Translations under genes and position numbers: made by a program
Notes under the pieces: model-generated
Seen by the model: the letters and a program-made list of their open reading frames with translations, nothing else
Database searches by the model: none
What the model was told of the DNA's origin: nothing
Assembly: GCA_041650795.1 (NCBI GenBank)
Contig: JBAZKK010000001.1
Coordinates: 10,608-74,607, forward strand
Direction: 5' to 3'
DNA: 64,000 bases
Source: Candidatus Omnitrophota bacterium
GTDB taxonomy: Bacteria > Omnitrophota > Gorgyraeia > Gygaellales > Profunditerraquicolaceae
In this document: positions 43,890-55,556 of the stretch, one piece after another
Layout: each line of letters begins with the position of its first letter
Position numbering within the stretch: the first letter of the stretch is position 1

Positions 43890-45098
43890 ATGTTAAGCCC
43901 CGTAACCGAAATAATCAATGATTTAAAAGAAGGCAGGATGGTAATTGTGGTTGACGACGAAGACCGCGAGAATGAGGGCGACCTTTTGATGGCCTCCTCG
44001 TTCATACGCGCCGAAGACGTCAACTTTATGGCCAAATTTGGTCGCGGCCTGATCTGCGTCCCCATGGAGGAGGAAAGGCTTAAAGCCCTTAAGCTCCATC
44101 CGATGTCAGAGGGCAATCCGCCTGTCGCGGGTAAAGACCCTTTTTCTACCGCTTGGATGATATCGGTCGATGCCGCGCGCGGGATTACTACCGGTATCTC
44201 TGCCTATGACCGCGCCCGCACCATCGAGGTTTTGATTAATCCTAATTCCCTCCCCGAAGACCTCCTGCGGCCCGGGCACATATTCCCGCTTAAGGCCCTT
44301 GACGGAGGGGTGTTGGTGCGCGCCGGCCATACCGAGGCCGCAGTGGACCTTATGAAGCTTGCGGGATTGTATCCGGCAGGGGTGATATGCGAGATTATGA
44401 ACGATGACGGCACTATGTCGCGGCTGCCTCAACTTAGGGAGTTTGCCCAAAAGCACCGGCTTAAGATATGCTCCATTGCCGACCTTATTGAATATCGCCG
44501 GCGTTCCGAAAAGCTTATCGAGCGGGTATCGGAGACTATCCTGCCTACGGAGTTCGGCACTTACAGGTTTATCATTTACCGCGACCTCATCAGCCGCCAG
44601 ATGCACGTGGCGCTTGCCATGGGGGAGTGGCGCGATGAACCGGTATTGGTGAGGGTACATTCGGAATGCCTGACCGGAGACGTATTCGGTTCACAGCGCT
44701 GCGATTGCGGCAAGCAGCTTAAAAAGGCGATGCAGATTATAGAAAAAGAAGGCAGGGGAGTTATCCTTTATATGAGCCAGGAAGGACGCGGCATAGGATT
44801 GATTGATAAGATACGCGCTTACAGCTTGCAGGATAAAGGGCTTGATACCGTCCAGGCGAACGAGGCATTAGGGTATCAGGCAGACCTGAGGGATTACGGT
44901 ATCGGCGCCCAGATATTGGCTGAGCTGGGCCTTAAGAGCATACGGCTCCTTACCAATAATCCGCGTAAGATTGTAGGTCTGGAGGGGTATAGCCTTAAGG
45001 TTGTGGAGCGTGTCCCTTTAGAGGTAGAACCTAACAGTATTAACTACCGCTATCTGAAGACGAAGAAGGATAAACTCGGTCACAACCTAAACATTTGA
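43890..45098 (+). CDS. ribBA: bifunctional 3,4-dihydroxy-2-butanone-4-phosphate synthase / GTP cyclohydrolase II
   Basis: [12 protein letters not shown] (DHBPS) and [15 protein letters not shown] (GCH II zinc site). 402 aa. Confidence 0.95.
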   Translation: MLSPVTEIINDLKEGRMVIVVDDEDRENEGDLLMASSFIRAEDVNFMAKFGRGLICVPMEEERLKALKLHPMSEGNPPVAGKDPFSTAWMISVDAARGITTGISAYDRARTIEVLINPNSLPEDLLRPGHIFPLKALDGGVLVRAGHTEAAVDLMKLAGLYPAGVICEIMNDDGTMSRLPQLREFAQKHRLKICSIADLIEYRRRSEKLIERVSETILPTEFGTYRFIIYRDLISRQMHVALAMGEWRDEPVLVRVHSECLTGDVFGSQRCDCGKQLKKAMQIIEKEGRGVILYMSQEGRGIGLIDKIRAYSLQDKGLDTVQANEALGYQADLRDYGIGAQILAELGLKSIRLLTNNPRKIVGLEGYSLKVVERVPLEVEPNSINYRYLKTKKDKLGHNLNI

Positions 45099-45106
45099 CG
45101 GTCCGG

Positions 45107-45276
45107 AGTTGTTTAACTAACTTTACGCCCAACGCTAAGATGTACCTGGCGCTAAGCGATATACCCGGCCTAAACGGATAGGCCGGTATCCGCCCTCTGG
45201 CGGAATTGCGTTGGCGTTGTTTAACTAACTTTACGCCCAACGTTAAGTGGAATTGCGTTGGCGTTGTTTAACTAAC
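45107..45276 (+). repeat. intergenic direct and inverted repeat array between ribBA and ribH
   Basis: GTTGTTTAACTAAC occurs three times (45109, 45217, 45263). TTTACGCCCAACG[C/T]TAAG occurs twice (45123, 45230). GGAATTGCGTTGGC occurs twice (45202, 45249). GCGTTGGC is near-complementary to GCCCAACGC. Confidence 0.8.
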
Positions 45277-45289
45277 AAAGGAGGGAAAG

Positions 45290-45757
45290 ATGGTAAAGAT
45301 TATTGAAGGAAACCTTATTGCCAAAGGCAGGAGATTTGCGATTGTGGCTTCGCGTTTCAATGATTTTATCACTAAGGAATTGGTCGCGGGTTGCCTTGAT
45401 GCGCTTACCCGCCACGGGGCAGAGGATAACGCCATTTCGCTTACCTGGGTCCCGGGTGCATTCGAGATCCCCGTTGTAGCAGCTAGGCTTGCAAAATCTA
45501 AATCATACGATGCCTTGATATGCCTGGGTACCGTAATACGCGGAGCAACCCCGCATTTTGAATACGTGGCGTCCGAGGTTTCCAAGGGTGTGGCGCGTTT
45601 GTCACAGGATACTGGATTGCCGGTTATTTTCGGCGTTATTACCGCTGATACCATCGAGCAGGCGATTGAGCGCGCCGGAACAAAAGACGGGAATAAGGGC
45701 CGTGATGCCGCACTTAACGCCATAGAGATGGCAAACCTTATGGATAAGGTGAAATAA
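45290..45757 (+). CDS. ribH: 6,7-dimethyl-8-ribityllumazine synthase
   Basis: 155 aa. WVPGAFEIP and GVITADT motifs. GGAGGG RBS. Confidence 0.94.
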   Translation: MVKIIEGNLIAKGRRFAIVASRFNDFITKELVAGCLDALTRHGAEDNAISLTWVPGAFEIPVVAARLAKSKSYDALICLGTVIRGATPHFEYVASEVSKGVARLSQDTGLPVIFGVITADTIEQAIERAGTKDGNKGRDAALNAIEMANLMDKVK

Positions 45758-46171
45758 ATGCGTAAACGCACCCAGTCCCGCGAATTCGCTTTGCAGATTC
45801 TTTATCAGATGGATATCAGCGGCGACAGAGATTGCGATGCTGCCTTGGATAGCTTCTGGCAAAGGCAGGATAAGGAGGTAGCCGCTGATGTGAGGGATTT
45901 TACAGCCGAACTCTCCAGGGGCGTGGTCGCAAATCTTAAAGAGATAGATTCCAGTATTGCGCAATACGCCAGTAATTGGCAGATCGGGCGCATGGCAGTG
46001 GTGGACCGCAATATTCTGCGTCTTGCCAGCTACGAGCTTATCTTCCGCGACGATATCCCCCCCAAGGTTTCCATAAACGAAGCGATTGAGCTGGCAAAGA
46101 AGTATTCTGGTCTGGAGGCCGCTAAGTTTGTCAACGGTATCCTGGACAAGGTCAAGGCGGAGAAGAAATGA
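45758..46171 (+). CDS. nusB: transcription antitermination factor NusB
   Basis: 137 aa. SREFALQILYQ N-terminus and INEAIELAKKY motif. Confidence 0.9.
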   Translation: MRKRTQSREFALQILYQMDISGDRDCDAALDSFWQRQDKEVAADVRDFTAELSRGVVANLKEIDSSIAQYASNWQIGRMAVVDRNILRLASYELIFRDDIPPKVSINEAIELAKKYSGLEAAKFVNGILDKVKAEKK

Positions 46172-47001
46172 TGAGGACAGCCGACCTGCACCTGCACACC
46201 TGTTTTTCCGACGGTACCTATACTCCCGAGGAACTCGTGGAAGAGGCTATCAGGAATGACCTTTCCTGCATAGCGATAGCGGATCACGATACCGTTGAAG
46301 CCATAGAGCCGGCCTTGGTAGCGGTTAAATCCCGGGGCCTGGAGATTATCTCTGCGATAGAGCTGACCGCTGACTACGGAGGCAGCGAGATACATATCCT
46401 GGGTTACCTTCTTGACCATAAGAATAAGTTCCTGCAGGAGAGGCTTTCTTGCTTCAAGCTTGACCGCGCCGAGAGGGTAGAGAAGATTATTTCCAAATTG
46501 CGCGATAGCGGGGTAATCTTAGAGGCAGAGGACGTCTTCAATTTTTCGCAGGTCGGCACAGTCGGAAGGCTGCATATTGCGCAGGCAATGGTAAGGCGGG
46601 GTATCGTGAATTCTACGCAGGAGGCCTTTCAGAGGTATATCGGGGATAAATCGCCGGCCTATATCTCGGGGTTCCGCTCTTCGCCGCAGGAGGCAATCGC
46701 ACTCATACGCAAGACCGGAGGCATCTCAGTATTGGCGCATCCCTACACCTTAAGCCGCGATGAGGTACTGACGCAGCTTGTTGAATGGGGGCTCCAGGGC
46801 CTGGAGGCATATTATCCAGAACACAGCCAGTCTCAGGTTAACTTTTACCTTAGATACGCCCAGGAGCACAATCTTATCGTTACGGGAGGTTCGGATTGTC
46901 ACGGGAATGCCAAGCCCGCAGCGCGTATCGGTACGTTTAGAATTCCTTACGCATTGGTAGAAAAATTAAAAGAGTCTAAGAGGTTATCTAATGGTGAGTA
47001 A
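46168..47001 (+). CDS. PHP domain phosphoesterase (TrpH/YciV-like)
   Basis: DLHLHTCFSDG and AIADHDT motifs, with C-terminal GGSDCHG. Confidence 0.82.
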   Translation: MMRTADLHLHTCFSDGTYTPEELVEEAIRNDLSCIAIADHDTVEAIEPALVAVKSRGLEIISAIELTADYGGSEIHILGYLLDHKNKFLQERLSCFKLDRAERVEKIISKLRDSGVILEAEDVFNFSQVGTVGRLHIAQAMVRRGIVNSTQEAFQRYIGDKSPAYISGFRSSPQEAIALIRKTGGISVLAHPYTLSRDEVLTQLVEWGLQGLEAYYPEHSQSQVNFYLRYAQEHNLIVTGGSDCHGNAKPAARIGTFRIPYALVEKLKESKRLSNGE

Positions 47002-48091
47002 GCCCAGCCGCATCCACGAAAGATATATGGAGTTAGCCTTAAGATTAGCGCTTAAGGCCAAAGGCATGACCAGCCCTAATCCTATGGTAGGGGCCCTGAT
47101 AGTGAAGAATAAGCGCGTTATCTCCGGAGGTTACCATGAAAAAGCAGGACTGGCGCACGCCGAGATTGTGGCTTTGGATAAGGCAGGCGAGAAGGCCCGC
47201 GGCGGGAGCCTTTATGTTACACTGGAGCCATGCACCCATTTTGGCAAGACGCCTCCCTGCGTGGACAGGATTATCAAGAGCGGCATCAAAGAGGTTTTTA
47301 TAGGCATGATTGACCCTAATCCTTTGAATAACGGCAGGGGGACAGAGATACTCAGGCAGCACCGTATCAAGGTCCACACAGGGATATTGGAGGAGAGGAT
47401 CAAAAAAACAAACGAGGTCTTTATAAAATATATCACTAAAAAGCTCCCCTTTGTTACTGTCAAGGTCGCAGAATCGCTTGACGGCAGGATTGCCACCCGC
47501 AGCGGAGATTCTAAATGGATAACCTCAGATAAGGCCAGGTTGTATGCCCACCGTATGAGGGGGGCTTACGATGCCGTGGCAATGGGGGTGAATACCGTCT
47601 TGCGCGATAACCCTAAGATGGATGCCTGGTTTTTTAAAAGGCAGCCTGTCAAGGTCGTGGTGGATAGTCAGTTAAGCACCCCGCAGGATGCCGATATCTT
47701 TTTGCGTTCCGCAGAGGTTATCATCGTAACCCTGGCGGTAAGGTCAGGCCAGGAGACCGAAAACAGAAAGATACTCTCCAACCGGGCCAGGATACTCGAA
47801 GTCAGGGAGAAGGAAGGGCAGGTTAACCTCAAGGATATGATGAAGAAACTTGCCAGGATCGGGATAACCAATATCCTGGTAGAAGGCGGAGGGACGCTGA
47901 TCGGTTCATTATTTGACGAGGGACTGGTGGACAAGGTGTTGTTTTTTATCAGCCCCAAGATTATCGGAGGCAAGGATGCCATCGGCTCCGTAATGGGCCG
48001 CGGCGTGAGCCGTATTGATAAGGCTTTAAGATTGCGGGATGTCAGTCTCAGGCGCATAGGGGCAGATTTTCTGGTGGAGGGGTATGTTTAG
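46991..48091 (+). CDS. ribD: bifunctional diaminohydroxyphosphoribosylaminopyrimidine deaminase / 5-amino-6-(5-phosphoribosylamino)uracil reductase
   Basis: Deaminase zinc motifs HAEIVAL and TLEPCTHFGKTPPC, plus a C-terminal reductase domain. Confidence 0.94.
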   Translation: MVSKPSRIHERYMELALRLALKAKGMTSPNPMVGALIVKNKRVISGGYHEKAGLAHAEIVALDKAGEKARGGSLYVTLEPCTHFGKTPPCVDRIIKSGIKEVFIGMIDPNPLNNGRGTEILRQHRIKVHTGILEERIKKTNEVFIKYITKKLPFVTVKVAESLDGRIATRSGDSKWITSDKARLYAHRMRGAYDAVAMGVNTVLRDNPKMDAWFFKRQPVKVVVDSQLSTPQDADIFLRSAEVIIVTLAVRSGQETENRKILSNRARILEVREKEGQVNLKDMMKKLARIGITNILVEGGGTLIGSLFDEGLVDKVLFFISPKIIGGKDAIGSVMGRGVSRIDKALRLRDVSLRRIGADFLVEGYV

Positions 48092-48665
48092 CGGGATTAT
48101 AGAAGAGTTAGGGGAGGTAAAGGGACTATCAGCCGCAGAAAAGATCGCTACCCTTGAGGTTACTGCCCGCATAGCTTCCCAAGATGTTAAGATAGGCGAC
48201 AGCGTTGCGGTCAATGGGGTTTGTTTAACGCTGGTAGAGAAGCTCCGCAATTCCCTGGTGTTCCAGCTAATGCCCGTGACCTTAAGGACTACAAACCTCA
48301 GGTATTTGAAAAGGGGCGATAAGGTTAATTTAGAGCGGGCGTTACGGTTAGGAGACAGGGTTTCCGGGCACTTTGTATTAGGGCATATAGACTGTGTTGG
48401 AGCCATACGCCGTAAGGGATACCGGGAGAATAACCTTTGTTTCCAGATCGCGGTCCCGCCGGTTTTGGCGCGGTATGTGCTGCCGAAGGGCTCCATTGCA
48501 GTTGACGGCATAAGCCTCACCGTAGCAGAGAAGAAATCAACTATTTTTAGCGTTTATATTATTCCGCACACCGCAAAAAATACGACGTTGGGATTCAAGG
48601 GGTCATCTGGCCTGGTTAACGTCGAATTTGATATTCTCGCCAAGAAATCCGAAAGCGCACCTTGA
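48084..48665 (+). CDS. ribE: riboflavin synthase (alpha chain)
   Basis: MFSGIIEELG N-terminus and duplicated lumazine-binding barrels (NGVCLT, DGISLT). Confidence 0.93.
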   Translation: MFSGIIEELGEVKGLSAAEKIATLEVTARIASQDVKIGDSVAVNGVCLTLVEKLRNSLVFQLMPVTLRTTNLRYLKRGDKVNLERALRLGDRVSGHFVLGHIDCVGAIRRKGYRENNLCFQIAVPPVLARYVLPKGSIAVDGISLTVAEKKSTIFSVYIIPHTAKNTTLGFKGSSGLVNVEFDILAKKSESAP

Positions 48666-48684
48666 AGTTATGTTAACTTAGGGA

Positions 48685-48713
48685 TTGCGCACCCACCTTA
48701 TTTTTGTTATACT
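48685..48713 (+). promoter_or_regulatory. putative promoter TTGCGC-17-TATACT for tRNA-Pro
   Basis: TTGCGC at 48685-48690, a 17-nt spacer, TATACT at 48708-48713. The tRNA starts at 48730. Confidence 0.5.
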
Positions 48714-48729
48714 AATCTAGATAAGCAAT

Positions 48730-48807
48730 CGGGGCGTGGCTCAGTTTGGCTAGAGCGCAGCGTTCGGGACGCTGAGGTCGGTGGTTCAAGTCCACTCGCC
48801 CCGACCA
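48730..48807 (+). tRNA. tRNA-Pro (anticodon CGG), CCA encoded
   Basis: Hand-folded cloverleaf. Acceptor stem CGGGGCG/CGCCCCG with C1-G72, D stem GCTC/GAGC, anticodon stem CAGCG/CGCTG with loop TTCGGGA, T arm GGTGG-TTCAAGT-CCACT, discriminator A plus CCA. Confidence 0.9.
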
Positions 48808-48814
48808 CCTTAAG

Positions 48815-48850
48815 AGAAACACTTTCCCGATTGGCGCGGAAAGTGTTTCT
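48815..48850 (+). terminator. perfect 13-bp hairpin after tRNA-Pro (probable terminator or processing element)
   Basis: AGAAACACTTTCC - cgattggcgc - GGAAAGTGTTTCT. The 3' arm is duplicated at 48861-48873. Confidence 0.55.
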
Positions 48851-48879
48851 GCTTTGGGTTGGAAAGTGTTTCTGTAAGA

Positions 48880-49148
48880 ATGAGACAGGTGCATGTTTAT
48901 TATAGCGGCAGGGTGCACGGAGTGGGTTTTCGTTTTACCGCCAGGAGTATCGCCGCTGAACTGGGCGTTAAGGGTTGGGTTAAGAATGTTTCCGGCGGCA
49001 GGGTAGAGGTCCTGGCAGAGGCAGAGGAGAAAACCCTGCAGGAATTCCTGCAAAGGATCGGCAGGGAATTTTCGCATTGCATCCAGGATACTGATATTGA
49101 TTGGAAGCCTGCCAGCGGTAATTTTAAAGATTTCGCAGTTTCTTTCTG

Positions 49149-49149
<1 letters not shown>
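48880..49149 (+). CDS. acyP: acylphosphatase
   Basis: VYYSGRVHGVGFRFTA and GWVKNVSGGRVEV motifs. I prefer ATG 48880 over the TTG at 48859, which lies in the repeat. Confidence 0.85.
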
Positions 49150-51871
<2,722 letters not shown>

Positions 51872-51898
51872 ACGGCAGGCAAGGAAGGAGAGTTTTAC

Positions 51899-52399
51899 AT
51901 GCAGGGATTAATCCGGAGATCACTGGTTGTTTGTTTGATAGGCGTACTCGCAGGCTGGATTTGCGGATGTGAGGCGGTTGCGCGTAAATTTACCAGAAAA
52001 TCCAAAAAGGAAGCTCCTCGGGAGGAGATGATCCTGGCGCCCGAGGAATACCATGGCCCCAAGATGAGCAAGGAGGAGATCTACCGGCAGTATTTTCTTT
52101 ACTGGAAATCCTGGCATGGCGAGTTAATCCAGTCATTGACAGACGGCAAGAACCGCAAGAAGCAGATTGACTGCGTTGGGGAGGAGCTCAAAAACCTCTA
52201 TCAGTTAAGGTCGATGCTCAATTCAGATATGCAGGGACGGCTCGATACGTACATCAACAAGGTCCAAGATTTAAAAAGTTCGCTTATGCGGGATATCTAC
52301 GGCAGCAAACTGGAGGATAACCGCCAGCGCGCCGAACGCATCCGCATGGATATATTAAGGGATTTTTCTTATATCAGGATAAAGGACAGCTTACGATGA
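51899..52399 (+). CDS. hypothetical secreted protein or lipoprotein
   Basis: N-terminal hydrophobic signal-like segment ending in ...LAGWICGC. I recognise no other motif. Confidence 0.45.
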   Translation: MQGLIRRSLVVCLIGVLAGWICGCEAVARKFTRKSKKEAPREEMILAPEEYHGPKMSKEEIYRQYFLYWKSWHGELIQSLTDGKNRKKQIDCVGEELKNLYQLRSMLNSDMQGRLDTYINKVQDLKSSLMRDIYGSKLEDNRQRAERIRMDILRDFSYIRIKDSLR

Positions 52400-53019
52400 T
52401 ACTGGAGACGGTTACCGTCGGTCCGTACCAGGTGAATTGTTATATCCTGGCAGAGGCCCCGGGAGCCGGGGCAGTCATTATTGACCCGGGTGGAAATGAA
52501 GATATGATACGCCGGGCGCTTTCCAAGCATAGGCTAAAAGCCCAGGCAGTCATTAATACCCACGGACATTTTGACCATATCGGATGCGACGACGCCTTTG
52601 ATGTTCCGGTTTACATCCACCGGCTGGATGAAGCGCTGTTAAAGGATTCCAAGCTTAACCTTTCCTATTTTTTCTCCGAGCCCTACACCGTAGGCAAGGC
52701 AACGATAAAGACCGTAGGAGACGGCGATTGCATTGAGATAGGCGCTATACGGTTGGAGGTGATCGCTACCCCCGGACACAGCGCCGGGGGCATCTGCCTG
52801 CTACTGAATAAACCCGGAGACAACATGCTTTTTAGCGGCGATACCCTGTTCTTCCACGGGATAGGAAGGACAGATTTCCCGGGCGCAAAAGAGGATGACC
52901 TTATAATGTCCATCAAGGAAAAACTCCTTGGATTAAGAGAAGATACCTTGGTTTATCCGGGGCACGGCCCTTCTTCCACCATAGGAAAGGAGAAGGCCGG
53001 CAACCCTTTTTTAAGCTGA
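52396..53019 (+). CDS. MBL-fold metallo-hydrolase
   Basis: THGHFDH zinc motif and a later TPGHS. 207 aa. Confidence 0.85.
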   Translation: MILETVTVGPYQVNCYILAEAPGAGAVIIDPGGNEDMIRRALSKHRLKAQAVINTHGHFDHIGCDDAFDVPVYIHRLDEALLKDSKLNLSYFFSEPYTVGKATIKTVGDGDCIEIGAIRLEVIATPGHSAGGICLLLNKPGDNMLFSGDTLFFHGIGRTDFPGAKEDDLIMSIKEKLLGLREDTLVYPGHGPSSTIGKEKAGNPFLS

Positions 53020-53020
53020 T

Positions 53021-53908
53021 ATGCGCGAATTCATCGAGACCTTTCTTAATTATTTATCGGTAGAGCGGGGGCTCTCCCGTAATACCATTATTTCTTACCA
53101 GGAGGATTTGCATTATTACATGGATTATCTGGAATCAAAAAACATCAATAGCCTTTCGCGTACCACCAGGGATGATATTTCCAATTTCATGTTTTTCCAG
53201 AAGGACAAGGGGCTGTCTGCCAATTCAGTGGCTCGCCGGCTTGCGGCGATCAAGGCCTTTTACCGTTTTCTGGTAAAAGAAAGGATACTAAAATCCGATC
53301 CCAGCAGCCTCATCGATTCCCCGAAGCTTTGGAAGAAGATACCGGATGCCTTATCCGTCAATGAGGTTACGAAGCTCTTGGATCAGCCTAATATCCGCGA
53401 GTTGCAGGGGATAAGGGATAAGGCAGTGCTGGAGGCGCTCTACGCTACGGGCATGCGCGTATCCGAAGCCGCAAATCTCAAAAAAGACAACGTGAACCTC
53501 CAGGTAGGATTCTTGCGTTGTATCGGCAAGGGCAACAAGGAGCGCGTCATCCCTCTCGGCAAGAAGTCGATTAAGAGCATTGAGAGATACCTTGCCGTTG
53601 GGCGCCCTAAAATATTAAAAGGGAGAGAGAGCGAATATCTTTTTTTAAGCCGCCTCGGCAGAAGGATATCCAGACAGTCCATCTGGAAGATTATCAGGAG
53701 GTATGCCCGCCAGGCAGGGATTAAAAAGCCCATTAGGCCGCACATCCTGCGGCATTCCTTTGCCACGCACCTTCTGGAACGCGGGGCAGACCTGCGTTCG
53801 GTCCAGGAGATGTTAGGGCATAGTAATATTTCTACTACCCAGATATACACGCATATTAATAAGGACAGGCTTAAGACTATCCACCGGATGTTTCACCCGC
53901 GGCCGTAA
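53021..53908 (+). CDS. xerD: site-specific tyrosine recombinase XerD/XerC family
   Basis: The N-terminal SAM-like domain matches the family. Catalytic region has RPHILRHSFATHLL and LGHSNISTTQIYTH. Confidence 0.85.
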   Translation: MREFIETFLNYLSVERGLSRNTIISYQEDLHYYMDYLESKNINSLSRTTRDDISNFMFFQKDKGLSANSVARRLAAIKAFYRFLVKERILKSDPSSLIDSPKLWKKIPDALSVNEVTKLLDQPNIRELQGIRDKAVLEALYATGMRVSEAANLKKDNVNLQVGFLRCIGKGNKERVIPLGKKSIKSIERYLAVGRPKILKGRESEYLFLSRLGRRISRQSIWKIIRRYARQAGIKKPIRPHILRHSFATHLLERGADLRSVQEMLGHSNISTTQIYTHINKDRLKTIHRMFHPRP

Positions 53909-53943
53909 GAAACACCTTCCGGGCGAATCGGGAGAGTGTTTCT
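53908..53943 (+). terminator. imperfect hairpin related to the 48815 element
   Basis: AGAAACACCTTCCGGG-cgaat-CGGGAGAGTGTTTCT. It shares the AGAAACAC...GTGTTTCTG arms with the hairpin after tRNA-Pro. Confidence 0.45.
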
Positions 53944-53980
53944 GCATAATAGAAGGTCTAAGGATTATCCGAGAGAAGTA

Positions 53981-55270
53981 ATGGAGAGCCAGATGCATAA
54001 ATATCTTAAGAAGATACCGCAAGAGTTGCGGGGTCTTATTGCGTTAGCCGGAGAGACCGCCGAAGAACTGGGGATGTCGGCGTATCTGGTAGGAGGATTC
54101 GTGCGCGACCTTATCATGGGTGCCAGAAACCTGGATTCGGATATCGTAATAGAGGGGGACGGCATAAAATTCTCTGAAGCCCTGGCAGCCAAGACGTCAG
54201 CCAGGCTGACAAGGCACCGCAGGTTCGCAACCGCGACGGTTGCCTTCGGCCCGCATCTAAAATTTGATATCTCTACCGCACGCAGGGAAACCTATCCTTT
54301 CCCGGCGGCCCTGCCGGTCGTAGAAGCCGGGATTATAAAGGAAGATTTAGGGCGGCGCGATTTTACCATCAATGCCATGGCAGTCAGCATCAATCGGGGG
54401 ATCTTCGGGAGGTTGACGGATATCTATGGCGGAAGGCGCGACATCGCCGGCAGGCGTATCCGTGTCTTGCATAATTTGAGCTTTATTGATGATCCCACCC
54501 GCATGCTTCGGGCAGTGCGTTTTAGCAGGCGTTATAATTTTAAGATTGAACCGCGCACCATGCGTCTGCTCAAAGAGGCGGCGCGCCTGAGGATGCTTGA
54601 GAGGGTGCATCCTCACCGCGTGCGCGATGAGCTGGTATTGATTTTAAAGGAAGACGAGCCGCTTAAGCCCCTTAAGGCGATTCAAGAGCTGATGGGGTTT
54701 GGGTTCATAGATAAAAAATTGAAGATCTCAAGATCCACCGAGAGCCTCATGCGTGCGCTCAAAAGAGAAATCGACTGGTTCAGGGGCGCTTATCCGCGGC
54801 GCCGGCACCTGGATGCCTGGGTGATTTATTTCACCGCGCTGCTTGAATCCCTGGATGCAGCCACAACCAGGAGAATAGCGAAGAAATTTGCCCTTTCAAA
54901 AGGCGAGACCAAAAGGATACTTAGCGCCAAGGGCTTTAAGCCGGCTTTCCTGCGTAGTTTATTCTCTGCCGACACAAAGCCAAGCCGTATCTACCACATC
55001 CTTGAGCCGTTGAGTTACGAGGCAATCATTATGCTAAGGGCAAAATATCCCGATAAGAATCTCTTAAGACATATCGATGATTTCTTCGGTATTTATAACG
55101 GTACGCGCATTGCCGTTTCAGGTCATGACCTGCATAAGCTTGGCCTTGCGCCCGGTCCGCGTTACCAGAAGATATTGCGCAGGATACTGGATGCCCGCTT
55201 GAACGGCGTCGCCACCACAAGGGAAGAGGAGATTGCCTTGGCAGAGAGCTTAGCCGGGGCATTAGCTTAG
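53981..55270 (+). CDS. tRNA nucleotidyltransferase / poly(A) polymerase family protein (CCA-adding-like)
   Basis: GGFVRDLIMG...DSDIVIEGD nucleotidyltransferase head and an RRDFTINAMA motif. I prefer ATG 53981 over the GTG at 53936, which lies inside the hairpin. Confidence 0.82.
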   Translation: MESQMHKYLKKIPQELRGLIALAGETAEELGMSAYLVGGFVRDLIMGARNLDSDIVIEGDGIKFSEALAAKTSARLTRHRRFATATVAFGPHLKFDISTARRETYPFPAALPVVEAGIIKEDLGRRDFTINAMAVSINRGIFGRLTDIYGGRRDIAGRRIRVLHNLSFIDDPTRMLRAVRFSRRYNFKIEPRTMRLLKEAARLRMLERVHPHRVRDELVLILKEDEPLKPLKAIQELMGFGFIDKKLKISRSTESLMRALKREIDWFRGAYPRRRHLDAWVIYFTALLESLDAATTRRIAKKFALSKGETKRILSAKGFKPAFLRSLFSADTKPSRIYHILEPLSYEAIIMLRAKYPDKNLLRHIDDFFGIYNGTRIAVSGHDLHKLGLAPGPRYQKILRRILDARLNGVATTREEEIALAESLAGALA

Positions 55271-55271
55271 G

Positions 55272-55553
55272 GTGACGATCGGGATTTTGAGGTTATCCTT
55301 GTTTATAGCAGAAAGCAATTCCCTTAAGGACAGAAGGATGGTTCTCCATAGTCTCAAGGCCAGATTGCATAATTCCTTTAATATAGCAGTTGCCGAGGTT
55401 GACGAAGAAGATAAGTGGCGCAAGGCTACCCTGGCAGTGGTGGGGGTGGGTAAGAATGCCACCGGAGTAAACAGCACCCTTTCGGAGGTAGTTAATTTTA
55501 TAGAGGGCTTTCACGGCGCAGAGTTGCTGGATTATGAAATGGAGATGATCTGA
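55272..55553 (+). CDS. DUF503 (YlxP-like) protein
   Basis: 93 aa. The pattern L.L.I..S.SLKDRR...SLK.RL...FN..VAEVD is typical of DUF503. It precedes rbfA. Confidence 0.75.
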   Translation: MTIGILRLSLFIAESNSLKDRRMVLHSLKARLHNSFNIAVAEVDEEDKWRKATLAVVGVGKNATGVNSTLSEVVNFIEGFHGAELLDYEMEMI

Positions 55554-55556
55554 CAT

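Noticed and set aside
45040-45240. 66-aa - strand ORF with internally repeated GVKLVKQ
   Set aside because: The amino-acid repeat simply mirrors the intergenic DNA repeats between ribBA and ribH. The ORF also overlaps the ribBA 3' end and has no RBS.
45107-45276. CRISPR array candidate
   Set aside because: There are only two or three copies of heterogeneous blocks, with no regular repeat-spacer periodicity and no cas genes. I saw no CRISPR-like array elsewhere in the window.
53021-53908. Tyrosine recombinase as a marker of an integrated mobile element
   Set aside because: Its sequence and length fit chromosomal XerC/XerD. It lies 18 kb from the AT-rich island in housekeeping context, and no att-like repeats, phage genes or IS genes are nearby. 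tRNA-Pro at 48730 is likewise not adjacent to any island.
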